A DNA stretch of 64,000 nucleotides. It comes from Octopus bimaculoides (taxonomy: Eukaryota). The stretch lies in contig NC_068987.1 in assembly GCF_001194135.2 (NCBI RefSeq), forward strand, positions 105,100,491 to 105,164,490, read 5' to 3'. Each line of letters begins with the position of its first letter. Within the stretch, counting starts at the first letter, position 1. Position numbers and translations under genes: made by a program. Positions 13,350-25,750 of the stretch are shown here, in pieces. Under the pieces are notes generated by a model, which did no database searches, was not told the DNA's origin, and saw nothing but the letters and a program-made list of their open reading frames with translations.

Positions 13350-15260
13350 ATGCATAATTATGTGATTAAGAGGCTTGCTTCCCAACCATGTAATTTCAAG
13401 TTCAGTCCCACTGTGTGGCACCTTGGGTGTCTTCTAGTGTAGCCCCAGGCCTGACGAAACCTTGACGAAACAGAAACTGAAAGACGCTCACTCTGTGTGT
13501 GTGTGTGTGTGTGATGTATATATCACTGTCGTCGTTGTCATCATCGTTTAACGTCCACTTTCCATGCTGGCATGGGTTGGGCAGTTTGACTGAGAGCTGG
13601 CAAGCCAGAAGGCTGCGCCAGGCTCCAATCCAATCTGGCAAAGTCTTTACAGCTGGGAGCCCTTCCGAACACCAATCACTCCAAGAGTGTAGTGGATGCT
13701 TTTTACATGCCAGTGGCACAAGGGCCAGTCAGGCGGTACTGGCATCAACTACACTTGAACGGTGCTTTTTACATGCCACTGGCATGAGAGCCAGTCAGGC
13801 AACACTGGCAACGACCACGCTCAAATGGTGCTTTTTATGTGCTACCGGCACAGGTGCCAATCAGGTGGTACTGTCATCAGTTGTGACAATGACTTCACTT
13901 GCCTCAGCAGGTCTTCGCAAGCACAGTTTATTGCCCTATGATTGAAGGGTACTCTTAAATGGACCAGTTATGCTGCACTGGCATAGGCCACAGTTACGGT
14001 CTCACTTGGCTTGCCAGGTCTTCTCAAGCATAGCATATCTCCAAAGGTCTTGGACACTTGTCATCACCTCCGTGAGACCCAACGTTCGAAGGTCGTGCTT
14101 CACCACTTCATCCCAGGTCTTCCTGGATCTACCTCTTCGACAGGTTCTCTCTACTGCTAAGGTGTGACACTTTTTCAAACAGCTGTCCTCATCCATACAC
14201 AACACATGACCATACCAGCATCAGTGGTGCTTCTCTCTGGCACAAAACCAAACTGCATCACATCTAGATTAAGTCTCTCCAAATTAGTTGGGCTATGACT
14301 CTCTCCGATACTTTCATCACCTGATCTAACAATTTGATACCTCTGTAATTATTCCTATCTAATGCATAACTTTTTCCTTTGTAGCAGTGGAGTATGGTGC
14401 TGCTACACCAGTCATTGGGTATCACTCTTTCATGAACCACCTGATTTACTACAATACAGGTGACTAAACCATAATCCACACCACCAGGTATTTTAAGCAT
14501 CTCAGTGGTGATTCCTGATGAGCCAGGAGCTTTCCCTATCCTCATATCCATAATTGCTTTATCTACCCGGGTACTGTCGATTTGGGTAGCTGGTCCCTCA
14601 ACTGGGACAACATTTGGCAGACTCTCCTCTTCTCATTCATTCTCCATATTCAGCGGTCTTTTATAATGGCATCTCTAAACCTCTTTCTTTGCAGACTCAT
14701 TAAAAGCAAGTGCATCATCATCCATGCAGACACATTTCTCTCCTCGCACACGCTGTCTTGCAATCCAAAATACTTCAGTTCTTTGATGCTGAACATAGGC
14801 AAACTTCTTTTCTGCTTCTCCCTTGGCTAGGTGTACCTGTCTCCTAGCTTCCTTTCGAGCTATCTGATATAGTTCCCAGCTTCCCCCACTCTTCCAAGCC
14901 TGTTTCTTTGCTCTAATGGCCCTGCTTACAGTATTGTTCCACCACTGCGTTATGCTAGGTCTCGAAGGGATTTTGCATCAGTCACAGATTTGGTTGGTGG
15001 CACTCAACAAGCTGTCTACACACACATATATATATAGAGAGAGATGCATATATGCATGTACCATTATCTTGACATCACATGATGGCTGTAAACAAGCATC
15101 ATCATCATCATCAAAGTGATGTTGTTCATTTCCAGTCTTCCATGAAAAACATGTCTAACCACAAGAGGAAGGGCATCCAGCTGTAGAAAAGCACCTGCCG
15201 CATCAAACTCTATCTGACCCATGCAAGTATGGGAAAGTGGATGTTAAATGATGATAACAA
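13350..15260 (+). mobile_element. Family-F SINE split by the RTE insertion (head 13350-13512; body and tail 15010-15260)
   Basis: The head ends in (TG)n just before the LINE tail. The F body and tail resume after the LINE 5' end. Confidence 0.65.
13523..15005 (-). mobile_element. RTE-clade LINE, 5'-truncated with internal deletion of the RT core
   Basis: ORF2 remnants WWNNTV..AI..KK.AWK, GKAPG.SGITTEMLK, YKGK..ALDRNNYRGIKLLDQVMKV.ERV and QFGFVPERSTTDA, joined directly to WYGHV..MDEDSCLKKC..RGRSRKTW. Followed by a 3' UTR with three ~67-bp units and a (GAT/GAC)n tail. Confidence 0.92.
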
Positions 15261-15329
15261 TGTTAAAACCCAATCTAACTGCAAATAAGACAGCAGTTAT
15301 TTAAATTTTAGTTTTCCTTGGCCTGGAAA

Positions 15330-15973
15330 TGAAAATTAATCTTCACTATATTTGATATGTGGATATAAAAGTGCAAACAAATCAATACTTTCTAGCAAGT
15401 TCAAAAGACATTTTAAAACTCCTATTTTCAAGACTTAAGATTCAAATCGTTTTAATATATTGTGAGAACAACAAATGAAACAGGCAAAAATTTTAAAACG
15501 TATAAATAGCAGTTTCTAAAAATGCTGAGATGGTTTCTTCTGAAATATCTGATATTGTTGCACAAAAGGAAGGGGAAAAAATGAAGTTTTTTACTTTGGT
15601 GGAATCAATTATTTTGCCAGCATGCAGAAAGCTTCTTAACCAAGAGATCAAGCAAAGAACAAGAAATAATTTCTCTCTCAAATAGTGCAATTCATTGGCA
15701 GATGTAAGAAGTGTCTGCTGATAGCGTAGAAAATGTATACAATGAATATGCTTCAACATTCAAATTTTACTTAACATGCTGATGAATCAACAGACATTAC
15801 CAACAGAGAACAGCTTTTGGCAGTCATTCATTTCATTGATAAAAATCAATTACTAAATCAGATTTTATTATTCCAAAGTATAAATGCCAGGTACTAGAAA
15901 AGATGACGACTTTTTTCATAGTTGAAAATGGGAACTATTATGCAAGTCATGTGTTGGCTATTTTTATTGATGG

Positions 15974-16011
<38 letters not shown>

Positions 16012-17300
16012 GGCTGTATGAAGGCTTACAATACTTGGAAAAAAAGAAGCAAAATTCAGATGTTCTCACCACTCATTGCTTTCTATATAAAGAAAATTGA
16101 TTGCAAAACCATTCAGAGTTGATTTAAAACAAGTTTTAAATCAAATTATCAAAATGAGCAATTTTATTAAAAGCAGACCATTAAAAACCTGTTTGGCAAA
16201 ATTTGAATGGACATGGGTTTATAGCATAGATGCTTACTTTTACATACTGATGCAAAATGGCTGCTAAGGAAGAAGGTGCTCTACTATGTACATGAAGTCC
16301 AAACAGAGCTTTTTGCATTTTTTTTATTCAATTCTCAACCAGGGAGACAAAATACATTTTATAGATGCAAACATGGCTGTGTGGTTAAGAAGCCTTCTTA
16401 GCAACCACATGATTTGGGGTTCAGTCCCATGGTGTAGAACCCTAGTCAAATGTCTTTTACAATAACCGCCAGACCAACCAATGCTTTTTGAGTGAATTTG
16501 ATAGACAGAAACTATATGGAAGGTCATTATATGTGTGTTTGAGTGTTTTTCTGTTTGTCCTCACAACCTACATACCACTTGATAACTAGTGCTGGTTTGT
16601 TTACATCACCATAACTTAGCAGTTTGATAACAGAATAAGTACCAGACTTAAAAAATAAATCAATATTGGGGGCCGATTATTTGGATTAAACCCTTCAAGG
16701 CAGTGCCCCAGCATGGCCGCAGTCCAATGACTGAAACAAGTAAAATACAAAAGATAAGTAAATCAAAAACACTTTTGTAAATATCTTCTATGCAAATTTC
16801 CAGTCAAAAATAGCACCGCTTGAGCGTGATCGTTACCAAAGTCGCCTTGATAGCACTTGCGCCAGTGGCACGTGAAAAGACATTCGAGCGAGACCGTTGC
16901 CAGTACGAGCCTGGTGTAGCCACCTGGTCTACTAGTCCTCAGTCAAATCGTCCAACCCATGCTAGCATGGAAAGCGGACGTTAAACGATGATGATTTTAG
17001 CACATTAATAATTTGAGCTGAAGTAAAAATGAAAATATTCTCAAATCTACAGATAACATTTCAAAAACAAAAAACAGTTATTTGGGAAAGAAAAGATGGT
17101 AATTTTGAAAAGCTTCCTTTATTAAATAAAACTCATTTTAAGGATATTGATCCTATCATAGTTGAGTATTTGACAACTCTAGAAAAACTGTTGAATTCTT
17201 ACTTTCCCTTGATGAACATAGCATAAAATGATTGAATTTAAAACCCTGTCATGGAAATTCCAAATGATCTTGGTTTGAAATTTATCTGAAGAATTGACTT
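15330..17300 (+). mobile_element. Decayed hAT (Buster/Charlie, ZBED5/SCAND3-like) transposase remnant with nested insertions
   Basis: Collinear motifs SKFKRHFKT, ILPACRK, ISLSNS, ADESTDITNREQLL, THCFLYKE, FIKSRPLK, LLLHTDAKWL, GNFEKLPLL..EYL..L..YFP. Interrupted by (CT)n, a family-A SINE and an RTE-tail copy. Confidence 0.88.
16363..16757 (+). mobile_element. Family-A SINE inserted in the hAT remnant
   Basis: Full-length older copy; the transposase frame resumes downstream. Confidence 0.8.
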
Positions 17301-20300
17301 TAGTATCTTTTAGTAGCAAACGAAAAAATCAAATATGAGGAACTGTCTCTCAAAAAGCCTTGTAATTTGGTTTGGTAGATGGAAACTGAAAGAAACTCAT
17401 TGTAAAGTGGTTGGCATTAGGAAGGGCATCCAGCTGTAGAAATCATACTAAAATGGTCAGTGGAACCTGGTGCAGCACTGGACCTTGTTAGCTCCTGTCA
17501 AACAGTCCAACCCATGCTAGCATGAAAATGAGATGTTAAATGAAGATGACAGTGATGATGATGGTGTGTGTGTACATATGTCTGAATGTATATACACATA
17601 TAAGTAAGTTTATGTATATCTGTGTCTATGCTTGCACTTACGCTTCTCCAAAGACCACAAGGCTGAAACAATGATGCAATTGTCATTTTTCCTGTCAACA
17701 AATTATCCATGGCTTTGCAACTTTGAATATGCATGAAATAAGGGCTGCCTTAGTTGGAAATCAAGTAAGGGTTAACAACAGGAAGGGTATCTAGCCACAA
17801 AACAATACTAGTAGAGAAAACAGACATAAAAACAAATGAACAAATGCTACATATTATGTACCAAGAGAAACATTGATTTTTAACACATTATAGGCACGAA
17901 GCCACCAATTTGGGAGGATAAATTAGTCAATTAAATTAACTCCAGAACTTGACTGGTATTTTAATTTATCAAGCTCAGGAATGATGAAAGAAATGTTTAT
18001 GTTGGCAGGATTTGCACTTAGACCATAAAGAACTAAAACAAATACAGCAAAGTATCTTGTCTGATGCTCAAACAAATCTGCAAATCCACAGTCCTACTAA
18101 GAGCAACATTAGGAAGAAAAATGTTATATCTGTCAAAGACTATGTATCTCAACACATCTTGTCTCCAGCTGAGGTGGGAATTTAAAAATAATTGAAGTTT
18201 TCAAATACCATAAATAAAATCTATCAATTGCAGGAAAGAAAAGTGAAGGTCTCCATTTATCTGTCAAATAGACAGGACAAAGGAAAATGTGGTGCCTGCT
18301 TCACTCACTCTCTCTCTTTCTCTTTCTAATTATGTGTGTGTGTGTGTGTGTGTAGTAATTTTGTATATGTATGCACACTCACACTAATGAAATAAAAAAT
18401 GAAAAATATATCTATTAGAATCTAGTTAAAGCAATTTAATATTTCCTTCCCTCGCAATTGATAGCTTTTATATGATTAACATGAGCAATAAAATTTAGCG
18501 TTTGCTGGCCAAAATCAAATTTAAAAAATAGCATTAGTAGATAATCAATATTGTGTATAATGCCAAAGAAGTTCGTATTAGTATCTTTATGAACACTGCC
18601 TAATTCTTGTATTAAGTAAACATTTTACATTGGAACTTCATCAAAAATGAATACATTCAGCTGATTAACAATACATGTAAAAGTGATGTCACTTGTTATG
18701 AGTAGATGCAATTACAAATGACCTCACTCTGTAGTAATCAGATTATTACAGCTTTATAACAACGGAAAGCTTTTGCATAATAACGTAAGCATTCGTTTAG
18801 CAGTTGTACACAAGGGGAAAGGAGAGACGAAAAGAGTAAGTTAGAGAGTATCAATAGAGATGAACACTCAAAGTAGGTTCAATCCTGTTTGTTCAGCGAT
18901 AACTACAGCCAGCCAAACCTATCTAGTTGGAAGTAACAACAACTACTACTACTACTACTGCTGTTGCTGCTGTTAACACTTCCACAATTGCTATTATCAT
19001 GTAAACCATTATCATCATAATTTTACCCACTATCTTTATTACTATTTATTCACATTGTTGACTAATGTTACTAGGACAGAGAACAGAAACTCGTGTTTCT
19101 AAATTAAAATCCTATCAATTGTCATCTGTCCAGGGTGAAGATTACACCAATAGTGTGCAGATCTTAAATATACTGATTACAATTAAGCGAAAACCTTATG
19201 TGCAAAAGAGAAATAAGAAAAAAATTGTGTTCAGAAATAGTTTAGACATAGTCTGCTGGATATTGAAAAAGCCAGTTTTCAGTGAATGATTCATAATAGC
19301 TGTTCATCCCATAAACAGCTTGCTTGATTTAGCAGATAAATTCTGTAATCTTGGCAACATAATTAATATTAGATATAGAGATAGTAATGGCACACCGGAC
19401 TGAATTCAGACAAGAGAGAAAAATCTCGAGTATTGTTGTTTTTATTTGAGAAAAAGTAGTTTCTCTTATTGTATGAAATAGCCAAGTGAGATATACATAA
19501 ATCATGTAATAATGTACAGTAGTAAAAAAAAAATGGATAATAAATGTAGAGGATTATCAGAGAAGAAAAAGTGAAGATAAATTATTCAGAAAACAATTGC
19601 ACTTTAAAAGTTGATGCCAAAGAGATGATGACTTCACTTATTTTGAAATTTAATGTGAATTGTTAATGCTTGCTCAGTGAAAATTGCTTCATGTTAATGG
19701 TGAAAGTTCTCTGAGATAAGAGTTTAGAGAAAGTAATTAATTCTGACCTGAAAGACACCCAGGTCACACATGTAAGGTGATGACAAACAAAGAGACACTG
19801 AATTGTTGACTTTTCCAACCCATGCTACTATGGGAATGTTTGGAATTTAATGATGCTATAATTAACATGTCATGCTGTGTGGATCAGTCATATATTCTAA
19901 TCATCATCATCTCAACATCCACTTTATCATGCTTGCATCAGTTGGATGGAATTCTATAAGATAGATTTTTCTATGGTTGGATAACCTTCCTGCTGCCAAC
20001 CCTCACCCTTTTCCAAGTGAAATAAGGTTTCTTCAAGGCTAGACAGGTTTTTAAAAAATACTGGAAACAAAGGACACCACTTGCATGGCAGTAACTAACC
20101 TGTTTGCAACTACCATGCAAGGTAGATATAGGTAAGGAGATAGTAACAGCCACATTATATATATATATATATACATATATACAATGGGCTTCTTTCAGTT
20201 TCTATCAATCACATAAAAAGCACCATCCAGATGTGGTCAATGCCAATGACTCTTGACTGGCTCCCATACCAGTGGCACGTAAAATGCACCCACTACACTC

Positions 20301-20469
20301 TCAGAGTGGTTGGCGTTAGGAAAGGCATCCAGCTTTAGAAATATTGCCAGATCAGATTGGAGCCAGATGTAACCCACTGGCTTGCTGGACTTCAGTCAAA
20401 CCATCCAATTCATGCCAGCATGGGAAAGCGGACATTAAACGATGATGATGATGATGATGATATAAAGTG

Positions 20470-20680
20470 ACAAGTTGGCAGAATTTTAGCACACCAGGCA
20501 AAATACATAGTGACATTTCGTCTGTCTTTACATTCTGAGTTCAAATTCTACTGAGGTTGACATTGCATTTCATCCTTTTAGGGCTGACAAAATAAATACC
20601 AGTTGAACACTGAGGTCGATATAATTGACTTAACTCCTCCCCCAAACTTGCAGGCCTTGTACCAAAATTTGAAACCAATA
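20470..20680 (+). mobile_element. Family-C tRNA-like SINE (~210 bp)
   Basis: TGGCAGAAT..TTAGC A-box-like and GAGTTCAAATTC B-box-like motifs, central TTTCATCCTTT.GGG..GA.AAA.TAA.TACCAG, and 3' GGCCTTGT.CCAAAATTTGAAACCAAT. Copies at ~3725-3940 (+), 13010-13170 (+), 17875-18090 (-), 41425-41640 (+), 48800-48925 (+), 56505-56710 (-) and 59430-59655 (+). Confidence 0.85.
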
Positions 20681-21060
20681 TATGTATATGTATATAAATG
20701 TACATGTATATGTATATAAATGTACATGTATATGTGTATCTGTGTTTATGAGTTCAGCACAAACTTCACCAATTAACAAAATAAAGAGTGCCGTGTCAAA
20801 AAGTGAAAATTAGCAGGTTGTTAAATAATATAAATACCAAAATAAGCATTAGTGTTAAATGATCAACTAAATCTCTTTCAAGTATTGCCCCAGACTGGTC
20901 ACAGTCTAATGACTGAAACTAGTTCAAGAATGAATAATAATGATAATAATTAGTATGCTTAAGATGAGAATGTTGATAATTATGCTGATGGAAGCTCTGT
21001 GCCTTAACAATAATTCCCAATTGTAACAACTTCATAAGTTTGTACCAACGTTGTCAGGAA

Positions 21061-21093
<33 letters not shown>

Positions 21094-21668
21094 NNNNNNN
21101 NNNNNNNNNNNNNNNNNNNNNNNNNNNNNNNNNNNNNNNNNNNNNNNNNNNNNNNNNNNNNNNNNNNNNNNNNNNNNNNNNNNNNNNNNNNNNNNNNNNN
21201 NNNNNNNNNNNNNNNNNNNNNNNNNNNNNNNNNNNNNNNNNNNNNNNNNNNNNNNNNNNNNNNNNNNNNNNNNNNNNNNNNNNNNNNNNNNNNNNNNNNN
21301 NNNNNNNNNNNNNNNNNNNNNNNNNNNNNNNNNNNNNNNNNNNNNNNNNNNNNNNNNNNNNNNNNNNNNNNNNNNNNNNNNNNNNNNNNNNNNNNNNNNN
21401 NNNNNNNNNNNNNNNNNNNNNNNNNNNNNNNNNNNNNNNNNNNNNNNNNNNNNNNNNNNNNNNNNNNNNNNNNNNNNNNNNNNNNNNNNNNNNNNNNNNN
21501 NNNNNNNNNNNNNNNNNNNNNNNNNNNNNNNNNNNNNNNNNNNNNNNNNNNNNNNNNNNNNNNNNNNNNNNNNNNNNNNNNNNNNNNNNNNNNNNNNNNN
21601 NNNNNNNNNNNNNNNNNNNNNNNNNNNNNNNNNNNNNNNNNNNNNNNNNNNNNNNNNNNNNNNNNNNG
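21094..21668. other. Assembly gap (N run)
   Basis: Ns. Other gaps at 2425-2434, 47632-47641, 49669-49981 and 63037-63398; most abut (AT)n or other repeats. Confidence 0.99.
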
Positions 21669-22149
21669 GTGGAGGTGGTGGTGGTGGTAGCTGTGACGTA
21701 GTGAAGATGATGATGACGGTACTGGTGGTGATCCTTGTTGTAATGGTGGTGGTGGTGGTGGTGGTGGTGGTGGTGGTGATTACATTCAAGATGACGATGC
21801 TGATAAGGGCAGCAGCAGTAATGGTAGAAAGTCGAAAACTAATGGCAACAACTTCAGGTCAAATTTCAGAAAAGTAAATAATAATGACAAATTATCACAT
21901 TAGCTGTAACACAAAACCAAGCAAGAGTAATATTTCAGAAAATATAACAGCACATGCTAATAACATAATGGACTGAGCCGGTGTGAGTGCATACCATATA
22001 TTGTGAAAATGCACTGGCTTCTAATATTTATACATAAATCATTGCAATGTGGACTTTCCATTCAAAAATACGACTTGTAAGTAGGACACTGCCAAATATG
22101 GGTTTCAGTCAACATTATCAGCCCCAATGATTTGTCTAGTATTTATTTA

Positions 22150-22830
22150 TAATTCTATAGCTTGTTTCAGTCATTTGGCTGCAGCCATGCTGGAGCACCA
22201 CCTCAAAGGGTTTTAGTTAAAGAAATCAACTTCAGGACTTATTCTTTGTGAGCCTAGTACTTATTCTATTGGTCTCTTTTGCCAAACCACTAAGTTACAA
22301 GGACATAAACAAACCAGGATCAGTTGTCAAGTGATGACAGGAGGACAAACAGAGACACACACACACACAGATTTTAGCGAGATCGTTGCCAGTGCTGCTG
22401 GACTGGCTCCCGTGCAGGTGGCACGTAAAATACACCATTCTGAGTATGCACATTGCCAGTACCGCCTGAGTGGCCTTCATGCCGGTGGCACGTAAAAGCA
22501 CCCACTACACTCTCGGAGTGGTTGGCGTTAGGAAGGGCATCTAGCTGTAGAAACTCTGCCAAATCAGATTGGAGCCTGGTGTAGCCACCTGGTTCACCAG
22601 TCCTCAGTCAAATCGTCCAACCCATGCTAGCATGGAAGGCGGACGTTAAACGAAACGATGATATATATATATATATATAACAGGTTTCTTTCAGTTTCCA
22701 CCTGCCATATCCTTTCACAAGGCTTTGATCAGCCTAGGGCTATAGTAGAAGACACTTGCACAAGTGGCGGGACTGAAACTGAAACCATGTGGTTGGGAAG
22801 CAAGCTTCATACCACACAGCCACGCCTAAG
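22150..22830 (-). mobile_element. Family-A SINE split by an RTE-tail insertion (22373-22662, +)
   Basis: 3' half at 22150-22372 and head at 22663-22830; the insert lies in the central microsatellite. Confidence 0.85.
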
Positions 22831-23392
22831 CCTATAAATTTAGAATTTAGCAAGCTAACTGCCACATGTACCACCAGTGGGTCATTGCAAACTTCACACA
22901 ACCACCTTATGCACTATCAGTGGTACATTTCCATAATTTGAGAAAATATTTTATTCTGTGTCTTTGATATGGTTTTGAGGATATTTAAATAATATAAGTG
23001 CTAGATATTAAAGTTTAATTATGAAATATTGTTAAAAAACAAAAAAAAACATTTCGTTGTAATTAAACAGTATGCAGTGTGAACGGAAATATGTGGTGTC
23101 TCCGGTAAATTCCAGTAACATGCCGTGGCAGTTAACATATTAAATACTTGTCCAGACCATGTCAGCATGGAAAACAGATGTTAAACAATGGTGGTGATGA
23201 CAATGATGATGACAGACCTTAGAAGAATGAAGGGAGTTTGAACTCAGAAAATTAAATATCCAATTACCACAGGATGTTTTGCCCAATTACTCACTGATTC
23301 TGACATCCACTTACGTGTATGTGCACATACACACACACACACACACACATACACACATACATACATGCATAGACACATACATGCATACATAC

Positions 23393-23423
<31 letters not shown>

Positions 23424-23699
23424 AATAAGAAGATGAAATATGAAGTTAGTACAACTTTAATATCTATTACAATTGCTTCTGTACCACTCTGTTTTTAACC
23501 ATATTGCAATGCAAATGATCCTGTGAGATAAAATACACAATACGTGTAGTTGAATATATTGAATTGGCACTTTATAAGACTAGCATTAAAACATGGTGTG
23601 CTGAATATATATAGGTGGCATTGCTTACATAGGCAGAAAACAGGACAATAAGTACAATAGTATTAATGAAAAGTGATAAATTCCACTGAGATCAACTTT

Positions 23700-24530
23700 G
23701 CCTTTCAATGATGATAGTAAAAATTCCTTCAGCTGTAGGCCCAAGATGTGAAATTCAAAGGAGGGAGAATGTCAATCACATCGATCAAAGTGATAAATCA
23801 GTACTTATTTTATCAACTCCAAAAGCAGGGAAGGTAAAGTTGGCCTCAGTGGAGTGTGAACTCAGAATGTAAAGTTGGCCTCAGTGGAGTGTGAACTCAG
23901 AATGTAAAGATGGAAGAAGTGCCACTAAGCATTTTGTCCAGTGCAGCAACAATTCTGCTAGTTTGCCACCGAAATAATAATAATAATCCTTTCTACTAAA
24001 GGCACAAGGCCTGAAATCTGGGGGGAGGGAAGGGACTAGTCGATTACATCACCCCTAGTGTTTCACTGGTACTTAATTCATCGACCCTGAAAGGATGAAA
24101 GGCAAAGTCGACCTTGGTGGAATTTGAACTCAAAGTTAGTGGCAGACAAAATACCGCTAAGCATTTCACCCGGCATGCTAACGATTCTGCCAGCCTGCCA
24201 TCTTCACCTAAATAATAATAATAATAATAATGATAACAACAATGAATATAATGATAATAATAGTAATAATGCAAGAAATATTAATAAGACACATGACAAA
24301 CTTAGACAACTAATAATAACACCTAAAAATAATCTTTTCTATTATAGGTACAAACCTGAAATTTTAGGGGAAGGGCGCAGTCAATTACATCGACCCCAGT
24401 GTTCAACTGGTACTTATTTTATTCACTCCCAAAAGGATGAAAGGCAAAATCGATCTCAGAGGAATTTGAACTCAGACCACAAAGACAAACTGCCACTAAG
24501 CATTTTGCTCGGTGTACTAACGATTCTACC
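23700..24530 (-). mobile_element. Three tandem family-C SINEs separated by (AAT)n tracts
   Basis: Copies at ~23700-23960 (with a 35-bp internal tandem duplication at 23835-23904), 23985-24200 and 24325-24530. Confidence 0.85.
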
Positions 24531-24734
24531 AGACGAGACACACTGCAAGGTGCTAAACACAAGAATTGAAACTGAAATATGATGGTCACAAATCAAACTG
24601 CTAACCACAAGGCCATTCCTGACCCTATTAAAACTATAAGATAGCATCCTTGTTATTATGGGATTACAAGACATTATTCCAGATATTAAAAAAATTATTG
24701 TCAGAAATTATTAGAAATAAAACTGAATACTTAC

Positions 24735-24797
24735 TTCTTTTTTAGGAAATTTCGGACAGGAATTCTTATACTTCGAAGCTTTAAATCTCCAGGCCAT
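24735..24797 (-). CDS. CORO7: Coronin-7 first coding exon (MAWRFKASKYKNSCPKFPKKE)
   Basis: ATG at 24797 in AAAATGG context, 63 nt, ends phase 0 at GAA|GTAAGT. The peptide matches the coronin-7/pod1 N-terminus (human MNRFRVSKFRHTEARPPRRE, from memory). A polypyrimidine-CAG acceptor at 24928-24929 implies a 130-nt 5' UTR part (exon 24735-24927). Confidence 0.93.
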
Positions 24798-25173
24798 TTT
24801 GATTGACTTCTGGCTTTATACAATGACAGGTGTTAAAAGCTGAGGCAATAATTTTTTCTTATTTTTTTTAATAGCTTGCTTATTCTCCTGATGCTATATT
24901 TACTGTTGCTCCCTTCCACTGAAATAGCTGCAATACAAGATTAAAATAAAAAGAACTTAAAAGACTAATTATAGCAGAGTGCAATACATCATTAAATCAA
25001 AAGTAAATAAATAACATTTAATTAATAGAACCCTTTGAATGAACAGACATAAAAAAAGCATACACCATATCACTGTAGACTGCACCTAGTCATTTGACTG
25101 ACTATCAATGAGCCAACAGATCTATTTTATGAAGGCTGGCATGGAGCTAAACAACAACAACAAAAACTCATGC

Positions 25174-25261
<88 letters not shown>

Positions 25262-25666
25262 CATCCTTTTGTTCATCGTTGTTCTTTTACTTTCTATACT
25301 GACATGGGTTAGTCAGTTTGACAGGATCTGACAAGTTAGAGGACCCATTGGCCTCCAAAGCTTTTCTTTTAGCTTGGCTTCTATAGCCGGATGCCCTTTT
25401 AACATCAACTACTTTAAAGAGGATACTAGGTCCGTTTTTTTTTTCTGTGGCACCAGAAATACTGGGTTTACCTTGCAATTTGAAAAACTGAAGAGCCTAA
25501 GCCAGCCTCCATGACTAAAAGGAAAACAGATGAGGGAGTGACTAGTTTAGGTAAAGTGATGCGAGGTAAAAATAAGATGAGAGGGACAGATATATAAAAT
25601 AGGTATTAAACCAGTAATTCATTGGATGATACCATCTCTTAAAGAGGCTAATTTAACCTCTTATTA

Positions 25667-25675
<9 letters not shown>

Positions 25676-25747
<72 letters not shown>
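25676..25747. repeat. (TG)n microsatellite, representative of dozens of di- and trinucleotide tracts
   Basis: Direct inspection. Other long tracts at 2386-2477 (AG), 29070-29138 (AT), 31690-31785 (TG/CG), 55720-55915 (CA/GA) and 63925-64000. Confidence 0.98.

Positions 25748-25750
<3 letters not shown>

Noticed and set aside
19625-19714. ATGATGA...CTGA spaced ~90 nt (C/D snoRNA-like)
   Set aside because: No terminal stem or clear C'/D' boxes, and antisense to the host gene.
21004-21789. Long ORFs of 136-261 aa spanning N runs (also 49412-50137 and 62936-63520)
   Set aside because: Artefacts of translating through gaps and microsatellites.
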